Source: an uncultured Lentisphaerota bacterium (lineage in GTDB: Bacteria; Verrucomicrobiota; Kiritimatiellia; CAIQIC01; JAGNIJ01). From it: a stretch of 41,059 nucleotides of DNA. The position numbers were made by a program, and so were the translations under genes. The stretch spans positions 1 to 41,059 of the forward strand of contig CALMZY010000218.1 of assembly GCA_937870865.1 (NCBI GenBank). The letters run 5' to 3'. The notes under the pieces were generated by a model. The model did not search any database, was not told the DNA's origin, and worked only from the letters and a program-made list of their open reading frames with translations. This document shows positions 1 to 7,454 of the stretch, in pieces (the stretch's first letter is position 1; the number at the start of each line of letters is the position of its first letter).

Positions 1-1
1 C

Positions 2-619
2 ACCCTGCCGCCGCATCAGGAGGACGAAGGCTGGATCCGTCGGTTGGTGCAGCACGATGCGCCATGCATTATTGCGCTGAACAAGGCCGATTCCGGAATG
101 ACGCACGGGGACGAATTCAAGAAGCTATGGCAAGGCATCTGCGCCGAGAAGACATCCGCGAAGACCGCCGAGTGGATCACTGTGTCCGGGCTGACCGGCA
201 ACAACGTGGGCGAACTGGTTTCCCTGCTCTTCCGGACGGTGCCGGAGGGGCCGCACCTGTTCCCCGACGACATCCTCACGGATTTTCCCCGCAAGCTCGC
301 GATCGCCGACATCGTGCGCGAGAAGTACTTCCAGCTGCTCAAGGACGAGCTGCCGCACGAGCTGGCCGTGGAGATCGACAAGATCGACGAAAAGGACGAT
401 CGCTGGGAGGCGCACGGCACGATCTTCGTGAACAAACACTCCCAGAAAGGGATCGTCATCGGAACCAAGGGGCGCCTGCTGAAGAAAGTTCGCGAGGCAT
501 CTGAAAAAGAGATTGCCGAAATGTACGGCCGCCCCGTATCGCTGGAACTCTGGGTCAAGGAAGAGAAGAACTGGAACCGGAACTACTTCTTCCTGAAGCG
601 GCTCGGATACGCCGTGTAG
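2..619 (+). CDS. era: GTPase Era, C-terminal part (5' end lies outside the window)
   Basis: The frame is open from the window edge. It has an NKxD G4 motif (ALNKAD) followed by an Era-type KH domain (IVIGTKGRLLKKV, LELWVKEEKNW). Stop TAG at 617-619. Confidence 0.9.
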   Translation, partial: TLPPHQEDEGWIRRLVQHDAPCIIALNKADSGMTHGDEFKKLWQGICAEKTSAKTAEWITVSGLTGNNVGELVSLLFRTVPEGPHLFPDDILTDFPRKLAIADIVREKYFQLLKDELPHELAVEIDKIDEKDDRWEAHGTIFVNKHSQKGIVIGTKGRLLKKVREASEKEIAEMYGRPVSLELWVKEEKNWNRNYFFLKRLGYAV

Positions 620-644
620 GCCGGCTTCGCGCGCTCTTTCGTTT

Positions 645-682
645 GTTACATCCAGAAGGACGGCCGCACAGTTGAATGTAAC
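645..682. promoter_or_regulatory. Palindromic element GTTACA-N26-TGTAAC, copy 1 (PaaX-type operator-like), between the convergent era and paaX-like 3' ends
   Basis: GTTACA at 645-650 and TGTAAC at 677-682 with a 26-bp spacer centred on GGCCGC. About 34 of 41 positions match the reverse complement of the copy at 1534-1571. Confidence 0.4.
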
Positions 683-684
683 AC

Positions 685-1491
685 TTACTCAACAAGTCGG
701 CGGAGCGCTTTGACGAAGGCCTGGTGAACCCCGTAGGCCTTCATCCCCCGGTATCCGCTCGGCAACAGATCTCGAGGCAGGAGAGGATCCCGACGCATGA
801 CCTCGGTGAAATGCAACAGCTCTTCACGCATCAACGATCCAATCTCTGCAGTCGAGAGACTCTGCCTCAGCTTGCCGACTCCGTCTGACCATGTGTGGAT
901 GTAGGCTTCTTGATCTTCCTTCAGGCGATCGACATCCCACGCCTCGTCAACGACATCGTGGCTCTTGCGTGAAAGAACGGTCCGACATTCAAACAGATAC
1001 GAGACCGATTCCACGTTCAGAGCCGCCTGCAGATCCGCATACGCCGGCCGAATATCACGCGGGCTGACCCAAACGCTCTGTTGAAGGTACCCCATTCGAA
1101 GCCGCTGCAGGTAGTTCCGCAGCCCATTCCTGAACCCCCGTTCGCTCTCTTCGATATCGTAGACAAGAACACGCCACAACCCGTCCCAACGCTTGTTCCA
1201 CAACCGCTCCGGGTTCAGTTCGTCGGGGACAGCATATCCGTGTCCACTCAGCGCGATGACACGCGATCCATCGTGCCGTTTGCGGTACACGACGACGCCC
1301 GCGCTCCGGAGCCGCTGGACGGCCGCCCGATATGCGCCATCGGACGGAAAACATCCGCGAACCAAGCCACATCGCCCGCGACTGACGAGGAACTCGGCGT
1401 ATGTCGCTACGCAGTCCAGGAAGAACCCCGCCGTGCGGCGTCCCATCACGGTCAGGCTCACGTCGGGATGATGCAGCGAGAGTGTTTTCAT
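685..1491 (-). CDS. PaaX-family transcriptional regulator (winged-helix N-domain plus PaaX C-domain)
   Basis: 268-aa ORF starting at ATG 1491. The segment WDGLWRVLVYDIEESERGFRNGLRNYLQRLRMGYLQQSVWVSPRD matches the characteristic PaaX middle/C-terminal signature. The N-terminus looks like a wHTH (AYRAAVQRLRSAGVVVYRK). Confidence 0.7.
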   Translation of the reverse strand: MKTLSLHHPDVSLTVMGRRTAGFFLDCVATYAEFLVSRGRCGLVRGCFPSDGAYRAAVQRLRSAGVVVYRKRHDGSRVIALSGHGYAVPDELNPERLWNKRWDGLWRVLVYDIEESERGFRNGLRNYLQRLRMGYLQQSVWVSPRDIRPAYADLQAALNVESVSYLFECRTVLSRKSHDVVDEAWDVDRLKEDQEAYIHTWSDGVGKLRQSLSTAEIGSLMREELLHFTEVMRRDPLLPRDLLPSGYRGMKAYGVHQAFVKALRRLVE

Positions 1492-1533
1492 GGGCCACAG
1501 GATGTCAGAGCACGTTCTCCGGTCAATCCAATT

Positions 1534-1571
1534 GTTACATCCAACGATGCGGCCGTCTTTTCAGATGTAAC
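1534..1571. promoter_or_regulatory. Palindromic element GTTACA-N26-TGTAAC, copy 2, in the divergent region between the paaX-like gene and the TPP riboswitch
   Basis: ATTGTTACATC at 1531-1541 and GATGTAACAAT at 1565-1575 form a perfect 11-bp inverted repeat. The core hexamers are spaced by 26 bp, and the spacer again contains CGGCCG. Confidence 0.45.
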
Positions 1572-1647
1572 AATTCGGCGCGTCGTCGGGAGCCCTTCTC
1601 CTGCGCCCTTGACCACGGAATGAGAAGCCTGTAGCTTCCTTGCCAGA

Positions 1648-1745
1648 TCGGTCGCGGGGGAGCTTGCGCTGCAGGCTGAGATCCTCTCGGGAGGAAAACC
1701 CTTGGAACCTGTCCGGATAATACCGGCGAAGGGAGCGGCAACAGT
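1648..1745 (+). promoter_or_regulatory. TPP (THI-box) riboswitch aptamer
   Basis: Conserved blocks read directly: GGGGGAGC, GCUGAGA, and ACCCUUGGAACCUGUCCGGAUAAUACCGGCGAAGGGA. Supporting helices are P3 GCUUGC/GCAGGC, a P3a insert UCCUC/GAGGA, and P5 CCGG/CCGG. It lies about 45 nt upstream of the ATG at 1791. Confidence 0.9.
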
Positions 1746-1790
1746 CCATCTGCCCGGCTCTTGTCCCGCCTGCCGACGCAAGGAACCGCC

Positions 1791-2831
1791 ATGGCTATCA
1801 TCGGAAAAATCACGGACGAACTCTTTCAAACTGTCATCAAGCCGCGACTCGGCGCCAAGCGGCCCGAGGTCGCCGTCGGCCCGGAACAGGGCGTGGATGT
1901 CGGCATCGTCGAACTCGGCGATTACGCGATGGCGATGACGTCCGACCCGGTGTTCATCGTCCCGGCCTACGGGTTCGAGCGCTCGGCCTGGTTCGCGATC
2001 CATATCCTCGCCAGCGACGCGGTGACCTCCGGACTCGCCCCCGCATACCTCACGATCGATCTGAACCTTCCGCCGGACCTGTCCGACGCCGACTTCGCGC
2101 TCATGTGGGAGATCATCCACCGCGAATGCGAGAAGATGGGCGCGGCGATCGTGACGGGCCACACCGGCCGCTACGAAAACTGCAATTACCCCATGATCGG
2201 CGGCGCGACGTTCATGGCGCTCGGGCCGCGCGACGCCTATTGCTCGCCGAAGTTCTGCAGGCCCGGCGACAAGATCATCATCACCAAGGGCCCCGCCATC
2301 GAGGCCACCGGCATCTTCGCCGCGATGTTTCCCGATCGGATCGAAAAGCAGTTCGGCGCCGCGCTTCGCAAGGAGGCGGAGAACGTGTTCTACAAGATGT
2401 CGATCGTGGACGACGCGCGCATCGCCGCGTCCGTCGGCACGCGCGACAAGGGCGTGTCCGCGATGCACGACGCCACCGAGTACGGCATCCGCGGCGGCCT
2501 GCACGAATTCGCGAAGGCCGCCCGGCTCGGGCTCGTCGTCCACAAGGACGAGATTGTCGTCACCCCGGCCGTGAAGGAAATCTGCGAGATGTTCGCCATC
2601 GATCCGCTCAACAGCATCAGCGAAGGAACGCTGATCGCGACGGTCAGGCCCCACGCGGCGAACGAGGTGTTGAAACGGCTGCGCGACAACGGAATCGCCG
2701 CGTCCATCTGCGGCGAAATGACCGACGAGGCGAAGGGGATCCAGATGGTGGAAGGCGGCCGGCAGAAACCGTTCGATCACCCGGGTGTTGACCCGTTCTG
2801 GGAGGCGTTCTACAAAGCTCTCAAGTCATGA
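1791..2831 (+). CDS. AIR synthase-related (PurM/HypE/ThiL-fold) protein, function unknown
   Basis: ATG at 1791 is preceded by AAGGA. The N-domain (GVDVGIVELGDYAMAMTSDPVF, ASDAVTSGLAP) and the IVTGHTGRYEN segment resemble the HypE/PurM superfamily, and the C-domain has DATEYGIRGGL. The upstream TTG start of the ORF table is less likely. Confidence 0.8.
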   Translation: MAIIGKITDELFQTVIKPRLGAKRPEVAVGPEQGVDVGIVELGDYAMAMTSDPVFIVPAYGFERSAWFAIHILASDAVTSGLAPAYLTIDLNLPPDLSDADFALMWEIIHRECEKMGAAIVTGHTGRYENCNYPMIGGATFMALGPRDAYCSPKFCRPGDKIIITKGPAIEATGIFAAMFPDRIEKQFGAALRKEAENVFYKMSIVDDARIAASVGTRDKGVSAMHDATEYGIRGGLHEFAKAARLGLVVHKDEIVVTPAVKEICEMFAIDPLNSISEGTLIATVRPHAANEVLKRLRDNGIAASICGEMTDEAKGIQMVEGGRQKPFDHPGVDPFWEAFYKALKS

Positions 2832-4429
2832 CGAGATACGGATACTGGATAGCGCTTCTGATCCTTGTCGCCGCCCCTTATACGACAGGTCTTCGTCATG
2901 AGTTTGTCTACGACGACCACGGCTCAATCGTCGAGAATCCGTTTCTCGACGATCGGGATTGCCTCAAGAAACTGCTGAGATTTCAGACGATCACGGACGC
3001 TTCAGTCCCGGACGGCCGGCGGCCCGTCGTGGTCTTAAGCTACCTGCTCGACCGCGCCGTCTGGGGTCTGCGGCCCGCCGGCTTTCACGCCACCAATCTC
3101 CTGCTGCATCTGGGCGTTGTCCTTCTCCTTGCCGCCCTCGCCCGCCGGTTGCAGCCCGAACTGGGGCCCTTCCCCGGCTTCGCCGCGGCACTGCTTTACG
3201 GGCTGCATCCCGTCCTGACAGAGGCGGTGCAATGCCCGGCATTTCGCGAGGATCTACTGGTAACGCTTTTTCTGTTGCTCTCTCTTCTTGCTGCAACACG
3301 CGCAAGAACCGCCTGGCTCTCGGTCCCCGCGCTGATCGCCGCCCTGGCCTCCAAAGAGTCGGCCGCCGTCACCCCGATCCTGATGCTCTGGATGTGGTTC
3401 TGCTTCCCCGCAACCCGCCTGCCGCGGAAGCTCGCGACGACTGCGGCGGCGGTCACCGCGACGCCTGTCATTGTCTTCGCGGTTTTGTGGCTGAACAGCG
3501 GCCCGCTTCAGGCTTCGTCTTCGGAACACGCCGCGATGGCGCTCGCGTATCCGGCGAACCTGATGACGCTCCCCTGGCTATGGCTGAAACAGGTCCTGCT
3601 CCTGCTGGTGCCTCATCCCCTGATCGTCGATCACGTGATCATGTCGGTGACGCAGTTCACGGACTGGCGGTTTCTGTCCGGCGCCGCGGCCGTTGTGGCC
3701 TGCGGCGTTCTCGCCATGGCCCTCCCGCGCCGCGCGCCGTGGATCGCGTTCGGGGTCGGCTGGATGCTGATCAGCTTTGTCCCGGTCTCCAACATCGTTC
3801 CGCTTCACAATCCATTCGCAGAACGTTACGTCTATTTGACCGCCGTCGGCTTTTGCCTCCTCGCGGCGCGCCTGCTTTCCCTGACGCCCGAGCGGGAAAC
3901 GGCCTGCGGCTCCGCGCAACCCGGCGCGAAAACCTGCATCCACAGGCGCGCCCTGTTGCTCGCGTTGATCTGCATGACCTGCACGGGGCTGACGGTCCGC
4001 CGGCTCGCCGACTGGGCAGATGACTCGACGCTCTGGTCCAGAACGCTTCTGCAGGAACCGCGCAGCGCCCGGGCGCACACGTGGATGGGGCTGGGTTGTA
4101 AAAGGGCGGGCGACTTCGACAAGGCCCTGCAGCATTTCATGGAGGCCGACCGCCTGAATCCGCTGGAGGTCTCCGGCCTGATCAACATCGCGGTCCTTCA
4201 CGGCCAGCAAGGCCGGTTTGCGGAGGCGGAGGCGCTTCTGCGCGAGGCGATCCGTCGCCGCCCGGACAAGCCCGACGCGCACTGGAACCTGGCGGTCGCG
4301 CTCGACGCGCTGGGCCGCAAGGACGAGGCCATGGCTGAAGTGCAGCAGACGTTGAGGCTTGATCCGCGTTACCCGGCGGCAGTGACGCTCATGACACAGC
4401 CAGCCCCAGAAAGCGAAAGCAACCCATGA
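2828..4429 (+). CDS. TMTC-like polytopic membrane protein with C-terminal TPR repeats (putative GT-C glycosyl/mannosyltransferase)
   Basis: It has an N-terminal FVYDDHGSIVENP motif, many hydrophobic spans, and C-terminal TPR-like repeats (AHTWMGLGCKRAGDFDKALQHF.., NIAVLHGQQGRFAEAEALL.., AHWNLAVALDALGRKDEA). ATGA overlap with the upstream gene. Confidence 0.7.
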   Translation: MTRYGYWIALLILVAAPYTTGLRHEFVYDDHGSIVENPFLDDRDCLKKLLRFQTITDASVPDGRRPVVVLSYLLDRAVWGLRPAGFHATNLLLHLGVVLLLAALARRLQPELGPFPGFAAALLYGLHPVLTEAVQCPAFREDLLVTLFLLLSLLAATRARTAWLSVPALIAALASKESAAVTPILMLWMWFCFPATRLPRKLATTAAAVTATPVIVFAVLWLNSGPLQASSSEHAAMALAYPANLMTLPWLWLKQVLLLLVPHPLIVDHVIMSVTQFTDWRFLSGAAAVVACGVLAMALPRRAPWIAFGVGWMLISFVPVSNIVPLHNPFAERYVYLTAVGFCLLAARLLSLTPERETACGSAQPGAKTCIHRRALLLALICMTCTGLTVRRLADWADDSTLWSRTLLQEPRSARAHTWMGLGCKRAGDFDKALQHFMEADRLNPLEVSGLINIAVLHGQQGRFAEAEALLREAIRRRPDKPDAHWNLAVALDALGRKDEAMAEVQQTLRLDPRYPAAVTLMTQPAPESESNP

Positions 4430-4995
4430 TCACCATCGTGTCCGGCATTCCGCGCTCGGGAACCTCCATGATGATGCAGATGCTGAAAGCCGGCGGCCTC
4501 GATCCGCTCGCCGATCATCTGCGAAAGGCCGATGACGACAACCCGCAGGGCTACTTCGAATTTGAAAAGGTCAAGCGGCTCCGGCAGGACAAATCATGGA
4601 TCAGCCAGGCGGAGGGCAAAGTCGTCAAGGTGATCACCCAACTGCTGCCCGACCTGCCGGCGGACCGCACGTACAAAGTGATCCTGATGAACCGCGACCT
4701 CGACGAGGTTCTGGCTTCGCAGAGCGAGATGCTCAAGCGGCGCGGCGAATCGGGAGCCATCGCCCAGGCGGACGAGCTGAAAGGCGCGTTCCGGAAACAC
4801 ATCGAGCAGATGCGCACATGGCTGAAGCAGTGCCGGCACTTCGAAGTCCTGGAAATCCATTACGCCGACACCGTGAAGGATCCGCGGCCGCAGGCGGAGG
4901 CCATCGCCCGATTCCTCGGCGTGCCGCTGAACATCGACGCCATGGCCCGGAGCGTCAACCGGAAGCTCTACCGGCAGGTAAAAAAGGACGCTTAA
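4426..4995 (+). CDS. Sulfotransferase-family protein
   Basis: The N-terminal PAPS 5'-phosphosulfate-binding loop (GIPRSGTSMM) and the small ~190-aa size fit this family. ATGA overlap with the upstream gene. Confidence 0.65.
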   Translation: MITIVSGIPRSGTSMMMQMLKAGGLDPLADHLRKADDDNPQGYFEFEKVKRLRQDKSWISQAEGKVVKVITQLLPDLPADRTYKVILMNRDLDEVLASQSEMLKRRGESGAIAQADELKGAFRKHIEQMRTWLKQCRHFEVLEIHYADTVKDPRPQAEAIARFLGVPLNIDAMARSVNRKLYRQVKKDA

Positions 4996-5441
4996 GGCTT
5001 CGCCTTGTGCTGGTCGATCAAGCCCTGCAAATGCTTGATGTATTCTTCCGCGCCGCCGGGCTCGTAGCCGGTCTTCGCCGCCACATCGCCCTGCGGGCCG
5101 AAGAGGAGAATCGTGGGAAATCCCTGAACGGAGTACTTCTCCGCGAGCGCCTGGTTGGCTTCCTTCCGCTTTTTCGACTGCGGCGTCTGCCGCGGGAAAT
5201 CGATCAGGACACAGACGAGATTCTGTTCGGCGTAATCCTTGAATGCCTTTTTGCTGAACACTTCCTTATCCAGCCTCTTGCACCAGCCGCACCAGTCGGA
5301 GCCGGAGAAATCCACGAGCACGTACTTGCCAGACTCTTTTGCCTTCGCCAACGCCTCATCAAAATCCTCGGTCCAGAGTCCCGCAAACGAAAACAGCGCA
5401 CCGCCCAACAACATAACCGCGATCAACAGGCTCTTCTTCAT
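4992..5441 (-). CDS. Secreted thioredoxin-fold protein (WCGWC active site)
   Basis: ATG at 5441 is preceded by AGGAGA. It has a signal peptide (MKKSLLIAVMLLGGALFSFA) and the motif DFSGSDWCGWCKRLDKE. Confidence 0.8.
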   Translation of the reverse strand: MKKSLLIAVMLLGGALFSFAGLWTEDFDEALAKAKESGKYVLVDFSGSDWCGWCKRLDKEVFSKKAFKDYAEQNLVCVLIDFPRQTPQSKKRKEANQALAEKYSVQGFPTILLFGPQGDVAAKTGYEPGGAEEYIKHLQGLIDQHKAKP

Positions 5442-5468
5442 GAGATTTCTCCTACGGGACACCCTACC

Positions 5469-5503
5469 AAAAAACGGCGGGAATTCCATGCGGAATCCCC
5501 GCC
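5469..5503 (-). terminator. Rho-independent terminator downstream of ilvC
   Basis: The minus-strand RNA reads GGCGGGGAUUCC-GCAU-GGAAUUCCCGCC followed by GUUUUUUGG. This is a GC-rich 12-bp stem (one mismatch) plus a U-tract. Confidence 0.8.
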
Positions 5504-5535
5504 GCCTCTGACTTCTGATTTCTGACCGCTGACCT

Positions 5536-6633
5536 CTAGTATTTCCGTCCGCCGACGCCCTTCGTGCCGGCGGTGATGGCTTTGGCCTTCTCGTGCGGAC
5601 GCAGGGCGCGGACGGCCGCGCCGGCGCGCCACATCTCGGAGTCGCGGATGGCGCCCAGCTCCTTCGCCACGCGCTCCTGGTAGCCCTTCGCGCCGCAGAC
5701 CTTGATCACGCGCTCAGCTTCCTTGCCGGTCGAGACGCGCTTGTACAGCTCGTTGAACACGGGCAGGACGGCCTTCTTGAACTTCGGGCTCCAGTCCAAC
5801 GCGCCGCGCTGGGCCGTCGCCGAGCAGTTCGAGAACATCCAGTCCATGCCGTTCTCGTCCACCAGCCGGATCAGGCTCTGGGTCAGTTCCTCGACCGTCT
5901 CGTTGAACGCTTCGCTCGGGGTGTGCCCGTGCTTGCGGAGCGTCTCGTACTGGGCCTCCATCGTGCCCGCGAGGCAGCCCATCAGCACGCCACGCTCGCC
6001 GGTCAGGTCGCTGTTCGTCTCGTGCGGGAACGTCGTCGGGAACAGGTAGCCCGAGCCGATCCCGATGCCGAGGGCGAGACAGCGGTTCTTCGCGTTTCCG
6101 GTTGCGTCCTGCGCCACCGCGAAACTGGAGTTGATGCCGACGCCCGACAGGAAGTTACGGCGAACGGACGTGCCCGAGCCCTTCGGCGCGACCATGATCA
6201 CATCGACCCACTTCGGAGGAACGACGCCGCTCTTATCCTTATAGGTGATGGAGAAGCCGTGGCTGAAGTAGAGCGCGTCGCCCTTCTTCAGGTTCTTCTT
6301 CACGATGGGCCAGACCGCACGCTGGGCCGCGTCGGACACGAGCATCTGGATGACCGTGCCCTTCTTGACCGCGGTCGGGATATCGAACAGCGTTTTGCCG
6401 GGCACCCAGCCGTCGGCCTTCGCGCGATCCCAGTCGCGCTTGAACTCCGGCGCCTGGCCGATGATGACCTTGAAGCCGTTGTCCTTCAGGTTGAGCGCCT
6501 GCGCGGGGCCCTGGACGCCGTAGCCGAGAATCGCGATCGTCTCACCCTTCAGCACCTTGTGCGCCTTGGAGAGCGGGAACTCTTTGCGGGTGATGACTTT
6601 TTCCTTCACGCCGCCGAAATCAATGATGGCCAT
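5536..6633 (-). CDS. ilvC: Ketol-acid reductoisomerase
   Basis: 365 aa with an N-terminal Rossmann motif (ILGYGVQGPAQALNLKDNG) and typical KARI blocks (FSHGF, APKGSG, LTGERGVLMG). AAGGAGA precedes the ATG. Confidence 0.95.
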   Translation of the reverse strand: MAIIDFGGVKEKVITRKEFPLSKAHKVLKGETIAILGYGVQGPAQALNLKDNGFKVIIGQAPEFKRDWDRAKADGWVPGKTLFDIPTAVKKGTVIQMLVSDAAQRAVWPIVKKNLKKGDALYFSHGFSITYKDKSGVVPPKWVDVIMVAPKGSGTSVRRNFLSGVGINSSFAVAQDATGNAKNRCLALGIGIGSGYLFPTTFPHETNSDLTGERGVLMGCLAGTMEAQYETLRKHGHTPSEAFNETVEELTQSLIRLVDENGMDWMFSNCSATAQRGALDWSPKFKKAVLPVFNELYKRVSTGKEAERVIKVCGAKGYQERVAKELGAIRDSEMWRAGAAVRALRPHEKAKAITAGTKGVGGRKY

Positions 6634-6702
6634 AACACTTCTCCTTATTCTTTAGACAAACGGGATACAGGTAGCTTCGAAGCGGCCGAAAATCAAGAGC
6701 TA

Positions 6703-6758
6703 TTGACGAATCTAAATTCTGACTATATATTATGACTAGTTGTTCATATTATATAGTC
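6703..6758 (+). promoter_or_regulatory. Putative sigma70-type promoter plus inverted-repeat operator of the first phd-vapC module
   Basis: TTGACG (6703-6708), 17 nt, TATATT (6726-6731). A 14-bp inverted repeat, GACTATATATTATG (6721-6734) and CATATTATATAGTC (6745-6758), overlaps the -10 box and ends at the ATG. Confidence 0.45.
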
Positions 6759-7001
6759 ATGAAAATGTCCGTCAGCGAGTTCAAGGCCAAATGCACGTGG
6801 GTTCTGCGGGAAGTGTCCACCGAGTACAAGTCCGTGGAGGTCACCAACCACGGGAAGGTCATCGCCGTGGTTGAATCGCCGAAGCCGGAGAAGAAACACG
6901 CGCCGAAGAAGCTGCTGGGTTCGCTCGCGGGAACCGCGAGCCACGTTGGCGACATCGTGTCGCCGGCCGTGAACACCAAGGACTGGGACGCCGCCCGATG
7001 A
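6759..7001 (+). CDS. Type II antitoxin, Phd/YefM-like
   Basis: A small ORF (MKMSVSEFKAKCTWVLREV...VTNHGKVIAVV) with an ATGA overlap to a PIN toxin gene. Start is 6759 or 6765; 6732 would lie inside the predicted promoter. Confidence 0.75.
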   Translation: MKMSVSEFKAKCTWVLREVSTEYKSVEVTNHGKVIAVVESPKPEKKHAPKKLLGSLAGTASHVGDIVSPAVNTKDWDAAR

Positions 7002-7396
7002 AGTACGTGCTCGACACCCACGCGTGGTTCTGGAGCCTCACGGATCCCGATCAGCTTCCGGCAAAGGTCCGGGCCGCTCTCGAGAATCCACGCAACGCGC
7101 CCTTCGGGCTGGCCGCGATCAGCCTTTGGGAGCTGTCGAAACTGGTGGAGAAAGCCCGGATCACGCTGACCATCCCTCTCGCCGAGTGGATCCGCCGGGC
7201 AACCGATCCCGACCTGATCACAATCCTCCCCCTGACAGAGCAAGTGGCCGTCGACTCCACAACACTTCCCGGCAATTTCCGCTCAGACCCGGCGGACGAA
7301 CTGATCATCGCGACGACACGCCTCCATGACGCGACGCTGATTACTGCGGATCGGAAGATCCTCGCCTATGGCTCTGTGAAGACGCTGTGGCAGTGA
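6998..7396 (+). CDS. vapC: PIN-domain ribonuclease toxin VapC
   Basis: 132 aa with YVLDTHAWFW (first acidic residue), ISLWEL, and DPADELIIATT...LITADRKI, which are typical PIN acidic motifs. Confidence 0.85.
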   Translation: MKYVLDTHAWFWSLTDPDQLPAKVRAALENPRNAPFGLAAISLWELSKLVEKARITLTIPLAEWIRRATDPDLITILPLTEQVAVDSTTLPGNFRSDPADELIIATTRLHDATLITADRKILAYGSVKTLWQ

Positions 7397-7399
7397 ATG

Positions 7400-7454
7400 T
7401 CCAAGGATTGGAAAAATCCTCGCCATTTTTCCCAAGGCTTGGAAAAATCCCCCC
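7400..7454. repeat. Dispersed double-hairpin repeat, copy A (TCCAAGGATTGGAAAAA ... TTTTTCCCAAGGCTTGGAAAAA)
   Basis: Two AT-rich palindromic units about 9 nt apart, followed by a C-run. Related copies lie at 14851-14909 and 32314-32366. Confidence 0.6.

Noticed and set aside
641-1575. The PaaX-like cassette as an insertion sequence or MITE
   Set aside because: It carries no transposase or integrase and has no visible target-site duplication outside the inverted copies. The N26 half-site geometry fits an operator better. I kept it as a finding with both interpretations rather than calling a mobile element.
1609-1637. Candidate promoter TTGACC-17-TAGCTT upstream of the TPP riboswitch
   Set aside because: The -10 box is weak. 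A TSS from it would also exclude the 1636-1643 segment that is complementary to the SD. The two ideas conflict and neither can be resolved from sequence alone.
1488-2780. 430-aa minus-strand ORF opposite the AIR-synthase-like gene and the riboswitch
   Set aside because: This is a shadow frame that would run through the TPP aptamer and the PaaX-type operator. Its composition is typical of antisense GC-rich translation. The same reasoning rejects 5593..6735(+), 13178..14476(-), 15477..16745(-), 19791..20888(-), 20815..22074(-), 35198..36373(+), 33430..34383(+), 37321..38454(+) and 39844..40911(-).
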